The notes beneath the pieces were generated by a model, which was given only the letters and a program-made list of their open reading frames with translations, was not told where the DNA came from and ran no database searches. Position numbers and translations under genes: made by a program. From contig OX597834.1 of NCBI GenBank assembly GCA_951406725.2, positions 7,006,001 to 7,070,000 on the forward strand: a DNA stretch of 64,000 bases, in the 5' to 3' direction. Below, piece after piece: positions 27,155 through 41,051 of this stretch. The stretch's first letter is position 1. The number at the start of each line of letters is the position of its first letter. This stretch comes from Octopus vulgaris (Eukaryota).

Positions 27155-27559
27155 GTGTAATTCCCTTTACGGGACTGTCACGTTAAGTTGATAGTATACA
27201 ACCACTCTATCGCTCCACAACCGCACATATCTCTATGAGATATTTAGAAATTTAATATTTCTGATATTATTACAATTTTCCACCTGTCCATCGACTTGGA
27301 TTAATACGTTTTATAACGACACAAAAAAAAATAAATAAAATATCGACCTCAGTGAGATTCGAACGCCGAGCGCTGGAATAAAGATCAAGAAATACTCTGT
27401 TCAACATTCTTATGACTTCATCAAGTAGTCGTTTAGTCTTATACATGACGAACGAAATTGCAAAATTGCATGTCTTCAAAATGCCTCAGTAGACCTATGA
27501 TAAGAAATATTCCAGCCGTGACCATTCCATTTATGAAATGTTTAACATCGTATTCTATA

Positions 27560-28240
27560 CTCTTTTTGCTCTTACTCTTTTACTTGTTTAGGTCATGTGA
27601 CTGCGGCCATGTTGGAGCAGCGCCTTTAGTCGAGCAAATCGACCCCAGGACTTATTCTTTGAAAGCCTAGTAAGTATTGTATCGGTCTCTTTTGCTGAAT
27701 CTCTAACCGAAGAGGACGTAAACACACCAGCATCGGTTGTCAAGCGATGTTGGTGGGGATAAACACAACACACAAACACACACACACACATATATATATA
27801 CATATATACGACGGGTTTCTTTCAGTTTCCGTCTACAAAATCCACTCTCAAGGCTTTGGCCGGCCCAGGGCTATAGTAGAAGTCTTTACCCAAGGTGCCA
27901 TGCAGTGGGACTGAATCGGACTGACCAAAGCCTTGTGAGTTGATTTGGTTGAGGGAAACTAAAAGAAGCCCGTAATATATACGTGTGTGTGTGTGTGTGA
28001 GTGTGTGTGAGAGAGAGAGAGAGAGAGTGTGTGTCTATGTCCCCCATCACCGCTTGACAACCGATGTTGGTGTGTTTACGTCTCCGTATCTTAGCGTTCC
28101 GCAAAAGAAACGGTTGAAATGAGTATCAAGGTTTGCAAAATATTATTAATAAATACATGGGTCGATAAGTTCGACTAAAATTCTTTAAGGTGGTACTCCA
28201 GCATGGTCGCAGTCAAATGACTGAAGCAAGTAAAAAATAG
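27560..28240. mobile_element. Back-to-back inverted SINE B copies (27560-27915 minus, 27921-28240 plus)
   Basis: Family B modules in opposite orientations. Confidence 0.85.
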
Positions 28241-28343
28241 AATGTAAAAGACAATTTAAAGAAACTTCACTGCTATTTCTAGCAGGCTGAACGACTGCTT
28301 GGAGACTCCTTTGTTGATAGATTTCTTTCGTGATGAATTCAAC

Positions 28344-31300
28344 CGTGGTTAAAATAGTACATTTATTACTGTGGTTAGTATGGTATATCTATTACTGTGG
28401 TTAGTATAGTAAATCTATTACTGTGGTTAGTATAGTATATCTATTACTGTGGTTAGCATAGTAAATCTATTACGGTGGTTAGCATAGTAAATCTATTACT
28501 GTGGTTAGTATAGTAAATTTATTACTGTGATTAGTATAGTAAATCTATTACTGTGGTTAGTATAGTAAATCTATTACTGTGGTTAGCATAGTAAATATAT
28601 TACGGTGGTTAGCATAGTGAATCTATTACTGTGGTTAGTATAGTAAATTTATTACTGTGATTAGTATAGTAAATCTATTACTGTGGTTAGTATATTAAAT
28701 CTATTACTGTGGTTAGTATAGTAAATCTATTACTGAGGTTAGTATAGTAAATTTATTACTGTGATTAGTATAGTAAATCTATTACTGTTGTTAGTATAGT
28801 AAATCTATTACTGTGGTTAGCATAGTAAATATATTACGGTGGTTAGTATAGTAAATCTATTACTGTGGTTAGTATAGTAAATTTATTACTGTGATTAGTA
28901 TAGTAAATCTATTACTGTGGTTAGTATAGTAAATCTATTACTGTGGTTAGCATAGTAAATATATTACGGTGGTTAGCATAGTAAATCTATTACTGTGGTT
29001 AGTATAGTAAATTTATTACTGTGATTAGTATAGTAAATCTATTACTGTGGTTAGTATAGTAAATCTATTACTGTGGTTAGCATAGTAAATCTATTACGGT
29101 GGTTAGCATAGTAAATCTATTACTGTGGTTAGTATAGTAAATTTATTACTGTGATTAGTATAGTAAATCTATTACTGTGGTTAGTATATTAAATCTATTA
29201 CTGTGGTTAGTATAGTAAATCTATTACTGAGGTTAGTATATTAAATCTATTACTGTGGTTAGTAGAGTAAATCTATTACTGAGGTTAGTATAGTAAATTT
29301 ATTACTGTGATTAGTATAGTAAATCTATTACTGTGGTTAGTATAGTAAATCTATTACTGTGGTTAGTATAGTAAATCTATTACTGTGGTTAGTATAGTAA
29401 ATTTATTACTGTGATTAGTATAGTAAACCTATTTCTGTGTTTAGTATAGTAAATATATTACTGTGATTAGTATAGTAAATCTATTACTGTGGTTAGTATA
29501 GTAAATCTATTACTGTGGTTAGTATTGTAAATGTATCACTGTGGTTAGTATAGTAAATATATTACTGTGGTTAGTATAGTAAATCTATTACTGTGGTTAG
29601 TATAGTAAATCTATTACTGTGGTTAGTATAGTAAATCTATTACTGTGGTTAGTATAGTATATCCATTACTGTGGTTAGTATAGTAAATCTATTACTGTGG
29701 TTAGCATAGTAAATCTATTACTGTGGTTAGTATAGTAAATGTATCACTGTGGTTAGTATAGTAAATCTATTACTGTGGTTAGTATAGTAAACCTATTACT
29801 GTGGTTAGTACAGTAAATCTATTACTGTGGTTAGTATAGTAAATGTATCACTGTGGTTAGTATAGTAAATCTATTACTGTGGTTAGCATAGTAAATCTAT
29901 TACTGTGGTTAGTATAGTAAATCTATTACTGTGGTTAGTATAGTAAATCTATTACTGTGGTTAGCATAGTAAATCTATTACTGTGCTTAGTATATTAAAT
30001 CTATTACTATGGTTAGTATAGTAAATCTATTACTGTGGTCAGTATAGTAAATCTATTACTGTGCTTAGTATAGTGAATCTATTACTATGGTTAGTTTAGT
30101 AAATGTATCACTGTGGTTAGTATAGTATATCTAATACTGTGGTTAGTATAGTAAATCTATGACTGTGGTTAGCATAGTAAATCTATTACTGTGGTTAGCA
30201 TAGTTAATCTATTACTGTGGTTAGTATAGTAAATTTATTACTGTGGTTAGTATAGTATATCTATTACTGTGGTTAGTATAGTAAATCTATTACAGTTGTT
30301 AGTATAGTATATCTATTACTGTGGTTAGCATAGTTAATCTATTACTGAGGTTAGTATAGTAAACCTATTACTGTGGTTAGTATAGTAAATCTATTACTGT
30401 GGTTAGCATAGTAAATCTATTACTATTGTTAGTATAGAAAATCTATAACAGTGGTTAGCATAGTGAATCTATTACTGTGGTTAGTATAGTAAATCTATTA
30501 CAGTGGTTAGCATAGTAAATTTATTACTGTGGTTAGTATAGTAAATCTATTTGTGTGGTTAGCATAGTAAATCTATTACTGTGGTTAGTATAGTAAATGT
30601 ATCACTGAGGTTAGTATAGTAAATCTATTACTGTGGTTAGTATAGTAAACCTTTTACTGTGGTTAGTATAGTAAATCTATTACTGTGGTTAGTATAGTAA
30701 ATGTATCAATGTGGTTAGTATAGTAAATCTATTACTGTGGTTAGCATAGTAAATCTATTACTGTGGTTAGTATAGTAAATCTATTACTGTGGTTAGTATA
30801 GTAAATCTATTACTGTGGTTAGTATAGTAAATCTATTACTGTGGTTAGTATTGTAAATGTATCACTGTGGTTAGTATAGTAAATATATTACTGTGGTTAG
30901 TATAGTAAATCTATTACTGTGGTTAGTATAGTAAATCCATTACTGTGGTTAGTATAGTAAATCTATTACTGTGGTTAGTATAGTATATCCATTACTGTGG
31001 TTAGTATAGTAAATCTATTACTGTGGTTAGCATAGTAAATCTATTACTGTGGTTAGTATATTAAATCTATTACTGTGGTTAGTATAGTAAATCTATTACT
31101 GTGGTTAGTATAGTAAACCTATTACTGTGGTTAGTACAGTAAATCTATTACTGTGGTTAGTATAGTAAATGTATCACTGTGGTTAGTATAGTAAATCTAT
31201 TACTGTGGTTAGTATAGTAAATCTATTACTGTGGTTAGTATAGTAAATGTATCACTGTGGTTAGTATAGTAAATATATTACTGTGGTTAGTATAGTAAAT

Positions 31301-31648
31301 CTATTACTGTGGTTAGTATAGTAAATCTATTACTGTGGTTAGTATAGTATATCCATTACTGTGGTTAGTATAGTAAATCTATTACTGTGGTTAGTGTAGT
31401 AAACCTATTTCTGTGTTTAGTATAGTAAATCTATTACTGTGATTTGTATAGTAAATCTATTACTGTGGTTAGTATAGTAAATCTATTACTGTGCTTAGTA
31501 TAGTAAATCTATTACTGTGGTTAGTATAGTAAATCTATTACAGTGGTTAGTATAGTAAATCTATTACTGTGGTTAGCATAGTAAATCTATTACTATGGTT
31601 AGCATAGTAAATCTATTATCGTGGTTAGCATAGTAAATCTATTACTGT
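28344..31648. repeat. Satellite array, 26-bp unit CTATTACTGTGGTTAGTATAGTAAAT, about 127 copies
   Basis: Head-to-tail array with no spacers; variant units recur at multiples of 26 bp. Confidence 0.97.
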
Positions 31649-32599
31649 TGCAATTAATTTTATGCGCGAAATGGTTTCTTGTTTTCTGTTTGGTATTTTC
31701 CAGGATTGACAATAAGATCATTGCTCGGACATTCCGTTCTGATTTTTTTATGTGCCCTTCACATATTTTAGTGTTTTTGTTTCAATGTGTGTGGTCTTTG
31801 CGCAACCTGTGATGATGCAAACTGCTGTGTTTTGGTAATTCTTTGTCGTAGTTCATTGGCGAATATGAAGATTCAAGTAAAACTTTATAATCCATGATTA
31901 AGTTGATGTATTTTGTACATATTGATGTCGTTGTTTGCGTCTGCGATGTCCAATTGTGGTATTTGAAAATCCTCTTAGTATGTCTGCAGCTCGTTTAACA
32001 TTACTTAATTTATCTCCTCTGTGGAATGTGAATGTTGATCAGATCATACAGGTAATTCTTATTATGATTCACCTGTGTGTATGTGTATGTATGAGTACGT
32101 AGATGTGTGTAAGGTTGCGAGTTTGGGTATATCCTATGAGATGGATGTATTTATGCCGTTGCAAGTGATGGCTTCTGACATTCTGTGATGCTGCTGATAA
32201 GAACAAGGATGGTAAATATAGTTGTTAGTATTTGTAGTTTGTTTGTTTGTTTGGAGCCAGGTTTCCAGATATTTTGTAAGTCCAAAGCTGGATTGAATCC
32301 AAAAATTTTACCGTATTGTACTAATATTATTTCCGGAAGATTTATTTAAAACTATTCGTCTTATAAGTAATATAAAACATAAGCAGTAAGCTGACAATTT
32401 CTCTGTTCATTAGATAAAAATACTGGATGGTTAATGGCATCTAAGTTGGTAAGATGGTAACTGATCAAACACAAACACAGCTGCTTCGGAATGCGACGAG
32501 TGTTTATACAGAATACATTTGTGTAAATAGTTTTTGCATTGATATGAATGTTATTGTGTGTTAGGAAAATATATAGAAAATAAATTGAGAATATCACAG

Positions 32600-33260
32600 T
32601 TTACACATACATACATGCATACATACATGCATGCATATATACATACACACTCATGCATACATAGTACATATATGCATACATACTGATGCATACATATATA
32701 CATAACACTCATGCATACATACAGACAGACATACATGCACACATATATACATACACACTCATACATGCATACATACATAAATAAATACATACATACATGC
32801 ATACATACTGATGTATACATATATACACACACACACACTCATACATACATATATACATACATACTGATGCATACATATATACATACACACTCATGCATGC
32901 ATACATACATACATACGCGCATATATACTGATGCATACATATATACATACATATATACATACATACACTCATGCATACATACATACATACATTCATACAT
33001 ATATACATACACACTCATGCATACATACATACATACATACGCGCATATATACTGATGCATACATATAAACATACATATATACATACATACACTCATGCAT
33101 ACATACATACATACATACATTCATACATATATACATACACACTCATGCATACATACATATATACATACATACATATATACATACATACATGCATTCATGC
33201 ATACGTACATACATACCTATATACATACATACATATGTACATACATACATATATTTACAT
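32600..33260. repeat. (ACAT)n-derived compound microsatellite with longer-period subrepeats
   Basis: Seen directly. Confidence 0.9.
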
Positions 33261-33671
33261 TCACACGTAGGTGTGCGCGTGTAAATGATTTCACCTTCTA
33301 GTTTCCTTTAAACCAATTCACAAATTTCCAATGACCGGATGTTTTGCATTATCCTTAATTATAATTATCTCCCTTTTATTTTTTAGTTTTCGTCTCCTGT
33401 ATCATATTTTGTTGCTGTACCACTCGACTGCATGTATGTATAAATCTTTAGCTGGTACTATATATATATATATCGTAACATATAATTGCCAACCAAGTGT
33501 GGCGTGCTATACAGGACAGTGCTACTGACATTTGAAGTAATGCACAGAAGATTTAGTTTCAAAGTCAGAAACAATAACATGTACTCCAGTAAATTCAAAA
33601 ATAGTCTTAGTTCAGGCTTGTACGGTTTTAGTGGGAATAAATAAGGTGTATATGTCTATATCTACATTCTG

Positions 33672-33792
<121 letters not shown>

Positions 33793-34120
33793 ACTATCTA
33801 TCTATCCATCTATCTATCTCTCTATATATATAGCATGATTTATTCGTGATCAGAGTTATTCGAAAACTGAGATACTACTGTATATATATATATATATCTA
33901 TCTATATATATATATATATGTATGTATGTATATATATAGACACGCACACACAAGTAAGCACATAAATGCAAAACAAGGTGGGAAAAGTAGTAATCGAAAA
34001 CCGAAGATAGATTGATATGCTTTTTTTTTGTTAAAACTGCACAAACATCACAAAAAAACTGTGGCTCAGAGTTTCACGTTCCCGTTCCTCGGGTAGTTAT
34101 GATTAAGGGTCTTGATCACA

Positions 34121-34160
34121 GTTATCTGACAAACGGGAACGTGAAACTCTGAGTCACAGA
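34121..34160 (+). ncRNA. Hammerhead-like motif in the right arm of inverted repeat 34017-34198
   Basis: CUGACAA-ACG-ggaa-CGU-GAAA-CUC-u-GAG-UC; the opposite arm reads CCGAGGA-ACG-ggaa-CGU-GAAA-CUC-u-GAG-CC. Confidence 0.6.
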
Positions 34161-34391
34161 TTTTTTAGATGTTTTTGCAACTTTAACAAAAAAAGCATAC
34201 ACATACATACATATACATATATATATATATGTATATATATATATAATTATTAAATATATATATATATAAATATATATAATTATTATATATATATATATAT
34301 ATAATTATTATTATTATCATTATTATTATCATTATTTTTTTTTATATATATTGATTGTATGTATATTTTCATATCAAGAAGTAATAAGCAG

Positions 34392-34467
<76 letters not shown>

Positions 34468-35202
34468 GTATATGTTTATGTATATAAATCTATAAATGAG
34501 TGTGTTTGTGCCTGTGTTTGTCCACCGCCCCCGCTTGACAGCCGGTGTTGGTTTGTTTATAAATCCGTAACTTAGCGAATCGGCAATAGAAAATGATCGA
34601 ATAAGTACCAGGCATTAAAAGTAAGTACTGGGGGCCAATTTGTTCGACCAAAATTCTTCAAGGTGGTGCCCCAGCATGGCCGCAGTCTACTAAAGACTGG
34701 AACAAGTAAAAGATGAAAGATAAAAAGATACACAGTCCAATACAAAAAAAAAAACACTAAACAAATCCAATTACGACAGATAAAAAGAAAACAAATAATA
34801 ACATGTAAAAGGATGGTGGAAAAATGTATTACATAGCTTGAGAAGTAGATTTGGTTGTAAGAAAAATTGACTGAACAAAGCAGGAGTTATTGAATTCTAT
34901 TTTTTACAACGGTGCATACGAGGACAATTGCTATTGTTAATAAATTCGAATTTGATTGCGTGTAAATATGAAAGAATTGACAAAAAAACCCGGCTTAATT
35001 TTGTTGAACTTTATGCAGCTATTTAAGCATGACATTCACAGTTGATTACCTTCCATTTATCAACTAATTTATAAAGTTCACTGAGTGTATTTTATTGCAC
35101 CAACTGACCTTGAGAGTTTGGTGTCAGTACGAACTTTCCTGCTTATTACTTCTTGATATGAAAATATACATACAATCAATGATATATATATATATATATA
35201 TA

Positions 35203-35273
35203 AAATAATGATAATAATAATGATAATAATAATAATATTGACGATAATGATAATAAAGATAATAATAATGACG

Positions 35274-35334
<61 letters not shown>

Positions 35335-35428
35335 TAATAATAATAATATTGACAATAATGATAATAATGATAATAATAATGATGATAATAATGATAATAA
35401 TAATAATAATAATAACAACAACAACAAC

Positions 35429-35483
<55 letters not shown>
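35203..35483. repeat. (TAA)n microsatellite
   Basis: Seen directly. Confidence 0.95.
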
Positions 35484-35484
<1 letters not shown>

Positions 35485-35830
35485 GATGTTTGACAAAGAA
35501 AAATCCCAGCAATGGTTGAGAAGCTCAGAAGCAGAGACAGAAGGATTTTTAATTGCAGCACAAGACCAAAGCCTCCCCACCAGAAATTACCAAAAACATG
35601 TAATGAAAAGAAATATAATAAGTAACTGCAGAATATGTGGAGATGGACAAGAAATAATAAATCATATTATCTCTAGCTGCCCAGTCCTGGCTAAGAAGGA
35701 ATATATTCACAGACATGACAGAGTTGGAACCTACATACACTGGAAACTATGCCAACATTATGGAATAACAACAGAAAAAAGATGGTATAGGCACACACCA
35801 GAAAAGGTCACAGAAAACGAGAAAGCAACC
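35484..35830 (+). pseudogene. R4/Dong-clade (RLE-type) non-LTR retrotransposon fragment
   Basis: WL...ETEGFLIAAQDQSLPTRNY...CRICGDGQEIINHIISSC (CCHC)...YIHRHDRV..IHWKLC...WYRHTPEKVTEN. Confidence 0.88.
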
Positions 35831-36321
35831 ATGTCATGGTGCTGTTTTTTTCTCACGAGCCATGTCCAACTGACCCTACTATACTATGTAGTTGACAAAT
35901 CCAAAAACATACAATGTACATTCGCGAAATTAAAAATACAAAATGATGACAATTTACCCATCGCAGCCTGTACGTACATGCATACATAACACTCAGATAT
36001 AGATACATACACATACACAATATATACATACATACACACCTACATACATATCTGTATTACAAATTCAGGTTTATACCTCTAATTATTGGAGCACTGGTGT
36101 AAGTAACACATTGCCTAATTACCAATCTTGAGAAATTAGGCTTCTCAAAAGCAGAAAGGGGAAAGCTACCTCGAAACCTACAGATCCAAGACACCACTGG
36201 AACTGTAAAAAACTATAAAACTTTCCAGAAGTTTTTCTTATATTTAAATAAATTTTTGTACACGTTCTTGGAAAACGCTTGTTAAATTTGCATGCGATCA
36301 TATCTTACCATAATCTACTCT

Positions 36322-36722
36322 CTCTTACTTGTTTCAGTCATTTGACTGCGGCCATGCTGGAGCACCGCCTTTAGTCGAGCAAATCGACCCCGGGACTTAT
36401 TATTTTGTAAGCCCAGTACTTATTCTATCGGTCTCTTTTGCCGAACCGCTAAGTGACGGGGACGTAAACACACCAGCATCGGTTGTCAAGCAATGCTAGG
36501 GGGGACAAACACAGACACACAAACATATACACACACACTTATATATATATACATATATAAAACGGGCTTCTTTCAGTTTCCGTCTACCAAATCCACTCAC
36601 AAGGCATTGGTCGACCAGGGACTGTAGCAGAAGACACTTGCCCAAGATGCCACGCAGTGGGACTGAACCCGGAACCATGTGGTTGGTTAGCAAGCTACTT
36701 ACCACACAGCCACTCCTGCGCC
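36322..36722 (-). mobile_element. SINE family B, full length
   Basis: Near-consensus sequence. Confidence 0.92.
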
Positions 36723-36788
36723 TACAATCCGGTTACTAAACAAAACATTTCAAATTCAGTGGCTGGTTAGCTATATTTACATTTTTAA

Positions 36789-37188
36789 GGGCGGCGAGCT
36801 GGCAGAAACATTAGCACGCCGGGCGGAATGCTTAGCCGTATTTCGCCTGTCGTTACGTTCTGAGTTCAAATTCCCCCGAGGTCGACTTTCGGGGTTGATA
36901 AATTAAGTAACAGTTACGCACTGGGGTCGATGTAATCGACTTAATCCGTTTGTCTGCCCTTGTTTGTCCCCTCTGTGTTTTGCCCCTTGTGGGTAGTAAA
37001 AGAAATGTGTTTTGCCTGTCGTTATGTTCTGAGTTCAAATTCCGCCGAGCTCGACATTGCCTTTCATCCTTTCAGGGTCGATAAATAAAGTACCAGTTAC
37101 GCACTGGGGTCGATGTAATCGACTTAATCCGTTTGTCTGTCCTTGTTTGTCCCCTCTATGTTTATCCCCTTGTGGGCAGTAAAGAAAT
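36789..37188 (+). mobile_element. SINE family A dimer
   Basis: Two tandem units. Confidence 0.88.
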
Positions 37189-37469
37189 ATATATTTACAT
37201 TTTTATACTTCTTGCCCTTCTATCCTCGAAACTTTATATGCTATCCATAGTTCTACCTAGACATACATTCATTTTGCATCTAATTTTGTTCCGATTTCTG
37301 TTGTATAAATATATATAAATGAACACTCTGGTGAACTATGTAAACATCACTTTTCGCCAAGAAGTGTACTCGAAGGCGCCTTAGTAAACAGTGAAGCCAT
37401 GCATTTGTCAAAGTATATTTAGATTTAGATTTATAGCTATACGTTAGTAATTTAGTCTCTTTATTTTTT

Positions 37470-37666
37470 TCTACTTGTTTCAGTCATTTGACTGCGGCCA
37501 TGCTGGAGCACCGCCTTTAGTCGAGCAAATCGACCCCGGTACTTATTCTTTTGTAAGCCCAGTACTTATTCTATCAGTCTCTTTTGCTGAACCGCTAGGT
37601 GACGGGGACGTAAACACACCACACATCGGTTGTCAAGCAATGCTAGGGGGACAAACACACACACAA

Positions 37667-37714
<48 letters not shown>

Positions 37715-37876
37715 GACAGGCTTCTTTCAGTTTCCGTCTACCAAATCCACTCACAAGGCATTGGTCGGCCCGGGGCTATAGCAGAAGACACTTGCCCAAG
37801 ATGCCATGCAGTGGGACTGAACCCGGAACCATGTGGCTGGTTAGCAAGCTACTTACCACACAGCCACTCCTGCACC
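37470..37876 (-). mobile_element. SINE family B, full length
   Basis: Near-consensus sequence. Confidence 0.92.
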
Positions 37877-38525
37877 TATTAGTCTCTTAGTATTCCGTAA
37901 TGAAAAAATTTTAACAATAGTTCCTTACATAACTTAACAGCCGTATGCAGTTATTGTTCAAATGCGCAGAGATTAGTCTGTGCCTACAGCTCCTATGCGT
38001 AAGAGCATGTTTTCTCGCTGACTTCTGTTTGTAATAATAGAATGTTTTCCTGTACTTCGCTTTTTGCACCAGACCATCAACAATAATTTAAAGTTATTTT
38101 CGACATTTCTATCGATTTTACAGCGGTAATTCACTTCTCAAATTTTGCATCTCGGACGAGATTTTTACAGCAGTGAAGTGAAGAAATACTAAAAACAAAA
38201 ATCCTGTGCCAAGTTCCTCTCCTTATCTCCGATTTTGGTGTAAGGAAGTACTGAAGTGCTTTGTCTCGTATGTCTGTGCTGGAATGCAATAAGTCGGATC
38301 TAGTTCTAACCGAAAGGTTGTTGTTAAAGTATCTAGCAGGGCTATTTTGATAACAAACATTTATATACATATAAATAGGTGCAACCATATGGTTCCGGGT
38401 TCAGTCCCACTGCATGCCACCTTGGGTAAGTGTCTTCTACTATAGCTTCTGGTTGACCAAATCATTGTGAGTGGATTTGGTAAACGGAAACTGAAAGAAG
38501 CCTGTCGTATTGTTTATATATATAT

Positions 38526-38588
<63 letters not shown>

Positions 38589-39231
38589 ATCCAAAAATGA
38601 AAACACAAAGAGAAAACACAACGCGAGGACGTGGAACAAATATCGTATTATTGGACGCTCAGGAAGGAAGGGAAGATAAAATAGTGTATATTTAAACACA
38701 AGAGAAAACTGCATTCAACAGGCAGTTTTTATATGCTCGATGAAGTAGTCAAAACGACCAAAACCACATTTTGAACAATCTTCAAAAGGAATGAAAAATA
38801 AAAACTTTCACCTTGTTATTTTAATCTGGTCTAACCTAAGTTTCAAAATCTTTTTTAGCAAATAAAATAAGTTGCTAGGCGAAATTTCTCATCAGTGAGT
38901 ATCTGCGGAAGATACCTGAAAATTATTTCGCAACGCTGTAATAATTTTGCAAAAATACCATCATGGACAGCCATTATATTTAATCGAACCGGAAATAATG
39001 AAAGACAAAGAAACCTCAATCTAATTTGAAATCAGAATAGTGGCAGTTTGAATAAATTGTACAAGACATTGTATACGACGTGTGGCAGCAAAGAAAGGCT
39101 GCTATATCCCGAATCCCGAGCAAAATACGTAGAGCTTTGCGGTTATGAACTTCCCTTACTTCTCCATCACCACAGGATCTTTCTTTCACGTTTTCCAAGA
39201 AATTAACGTTACCAATATGATCCTATGCTTA

Positions 39232-39408
39232 AATCGTTAGCGCGCCGAGCAAAATACTTAATGGCTCTTCGTCTGTCTTTATGGTCTGAGTTCAAATTCT
39301 GCCGAAGTCAACTTTGTCTTTCATCCTTTCAGAATATATAAATACCAGCCGAATCGACATACATCCGTCCCTGAAATTGCTGGCCTTGTGCCAAAATCTG
39401 AAACCAAT
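39232..39408 (+). mobile_element. Diverged SINE family A with alternative tail
   Basis: GAGTTCAAATTCTGCCGAAGTCAACTTTG...GCCTTGTGCCAAAATCTGAAACCAAT. Confidence 0.75.
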
Positions 39409-39724
39409 ATGTTCCTTTACATAAAATTGATCATTATGAATGAAAGCAGAGAACTGCACTATCTCTGCTGTAAGAACAGCGCTACCCAGCTGTCAAAGCA
39501 CTGGTTAGGACGATCAGATTCTGAACGATCCACCGTTTTATATAAGAGTATCATTCTGTTTAAGACTTATTCTAACAAGAGAAAAAAGGGCATCACATTC
39601 CACTGGTTTTTACGATCCACATCATTATCGTAATTATTTTGAATATCCTGATGTAATTGCAAGATAATTTGTAGACAGTCGTATTCAACTAGGTTGAGTA
39701 CATCAGCTCTTTTGACAGATCTTA

Positions 39725-39922
39725 TATCTTTTATCTTTTACTACTTGTTTCACTCATTAGACTGCGTCCATGCTAAGGGTACCAACTTGCAGAATTTTTA
39801 CTTGTGATAAGCCCGTTACTTATTCTATTCGCTTTTTGCCAAACCGCTAAGTTACGGGGCTATGAACACACCAACACCGGCTGTCAAGCGGGATGGAAGA
39901 CAAACACAGACACAAGGACAAT

Positions 39923-39955
<33 letters not shown>

Positions 39956-40034
39956 AAGGACAAGCACACACACACACACATACACACAAGGACAATCACA
40001 CACACACACACACACACACACACCACACACACAA

Positions 40035-40082
<48 letters not shown>

Positions 40083-40240
40083 GAGGGGCTTCTTTCAGTT
40101 TCCGTCTATCAAATTCACTCACAAGGCTTTGGTTGGACCGAAGTTATAGCAGAAAACACTTGCCCAAGTTGACATGCAGCGGGATTGAACCCGGAACCAT
40201 ACGGCTTGGAGGCAATCTTCTTACCACATAATCACGCCTA
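39725..40240 (-). mobile_element. Diverged SINE B
   Basis: Family B modules around an (AC)n tract. Confidence 0.8.
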
Positions 40241-40480
40241 CACGTATTTTTTTTTTTTTTGCCTCACTAAATTTCTAGCAACTCTCCTTACTAAGCAAGT
40301 CTCGCGGAGATACTGATTTATTCAGCAATGATCCGGCTAGGTAAGAGATTTTCACCTGACCACGTTGCCAGTTGCACTCTTGCACTCGTGAGACACTGAG
40401 AAACCCCACATAACATAACAAACACACACACACACGTACACGCGCAGAGGCACACGCACGTATATGTGCGTGTATGTATG

Positions 40481-40547
<67 letters not shown>

Positions 40548-40808
40548 AAATATACAGGGAAAGTTTACGAAAAAAAAACAAAAGACGAAGACAGGTAGTG
40601 TAAAAAAACAGATGTATTAGTATAACGCTCAGGAATAGAAAAAAGTCTTTTAGGTTTCGAGTCTACGCTCTTCGACAGAAAGGTACACAGAAAAAACAAG
40701 GCGAGAAACAAGGAGAGAAAAAAAAGGAGAGAAAAAAAGGAGAGAAAACGGGGACATATGTATGTATACCGCACACCCAAGGTGTTAATTCACATATATA
40801 TATGTATG

Positions 40809-40855
<47 letters not shown>

Positions 40856-40880
40856 ATATATATATGTGTGTATATTTATA

Positions 40881-40923
<43 letters not shown>

Positions 40924-40926
40924 CTA

Positions 40927-40983
<57 letters not shown>

Positions 40984-41014
40984 CACACATATATACAGGC
41001 ACGCATATAAACAC

Positions 41015-41051
<37 letters not shown>

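Noticed and set aside
28344-31648. CRISPR array
   Set aside because: The units are contiguous with no unique spacers, the context is eukaryotic and there are no cas genes; it is a satellite.
31650-32340. Possible ancient LINE remnant on the minus strand (IITGCAKTTHIE-like peptide)
   Set aside because: Only one short motif and no continuous frame; insufficient support.
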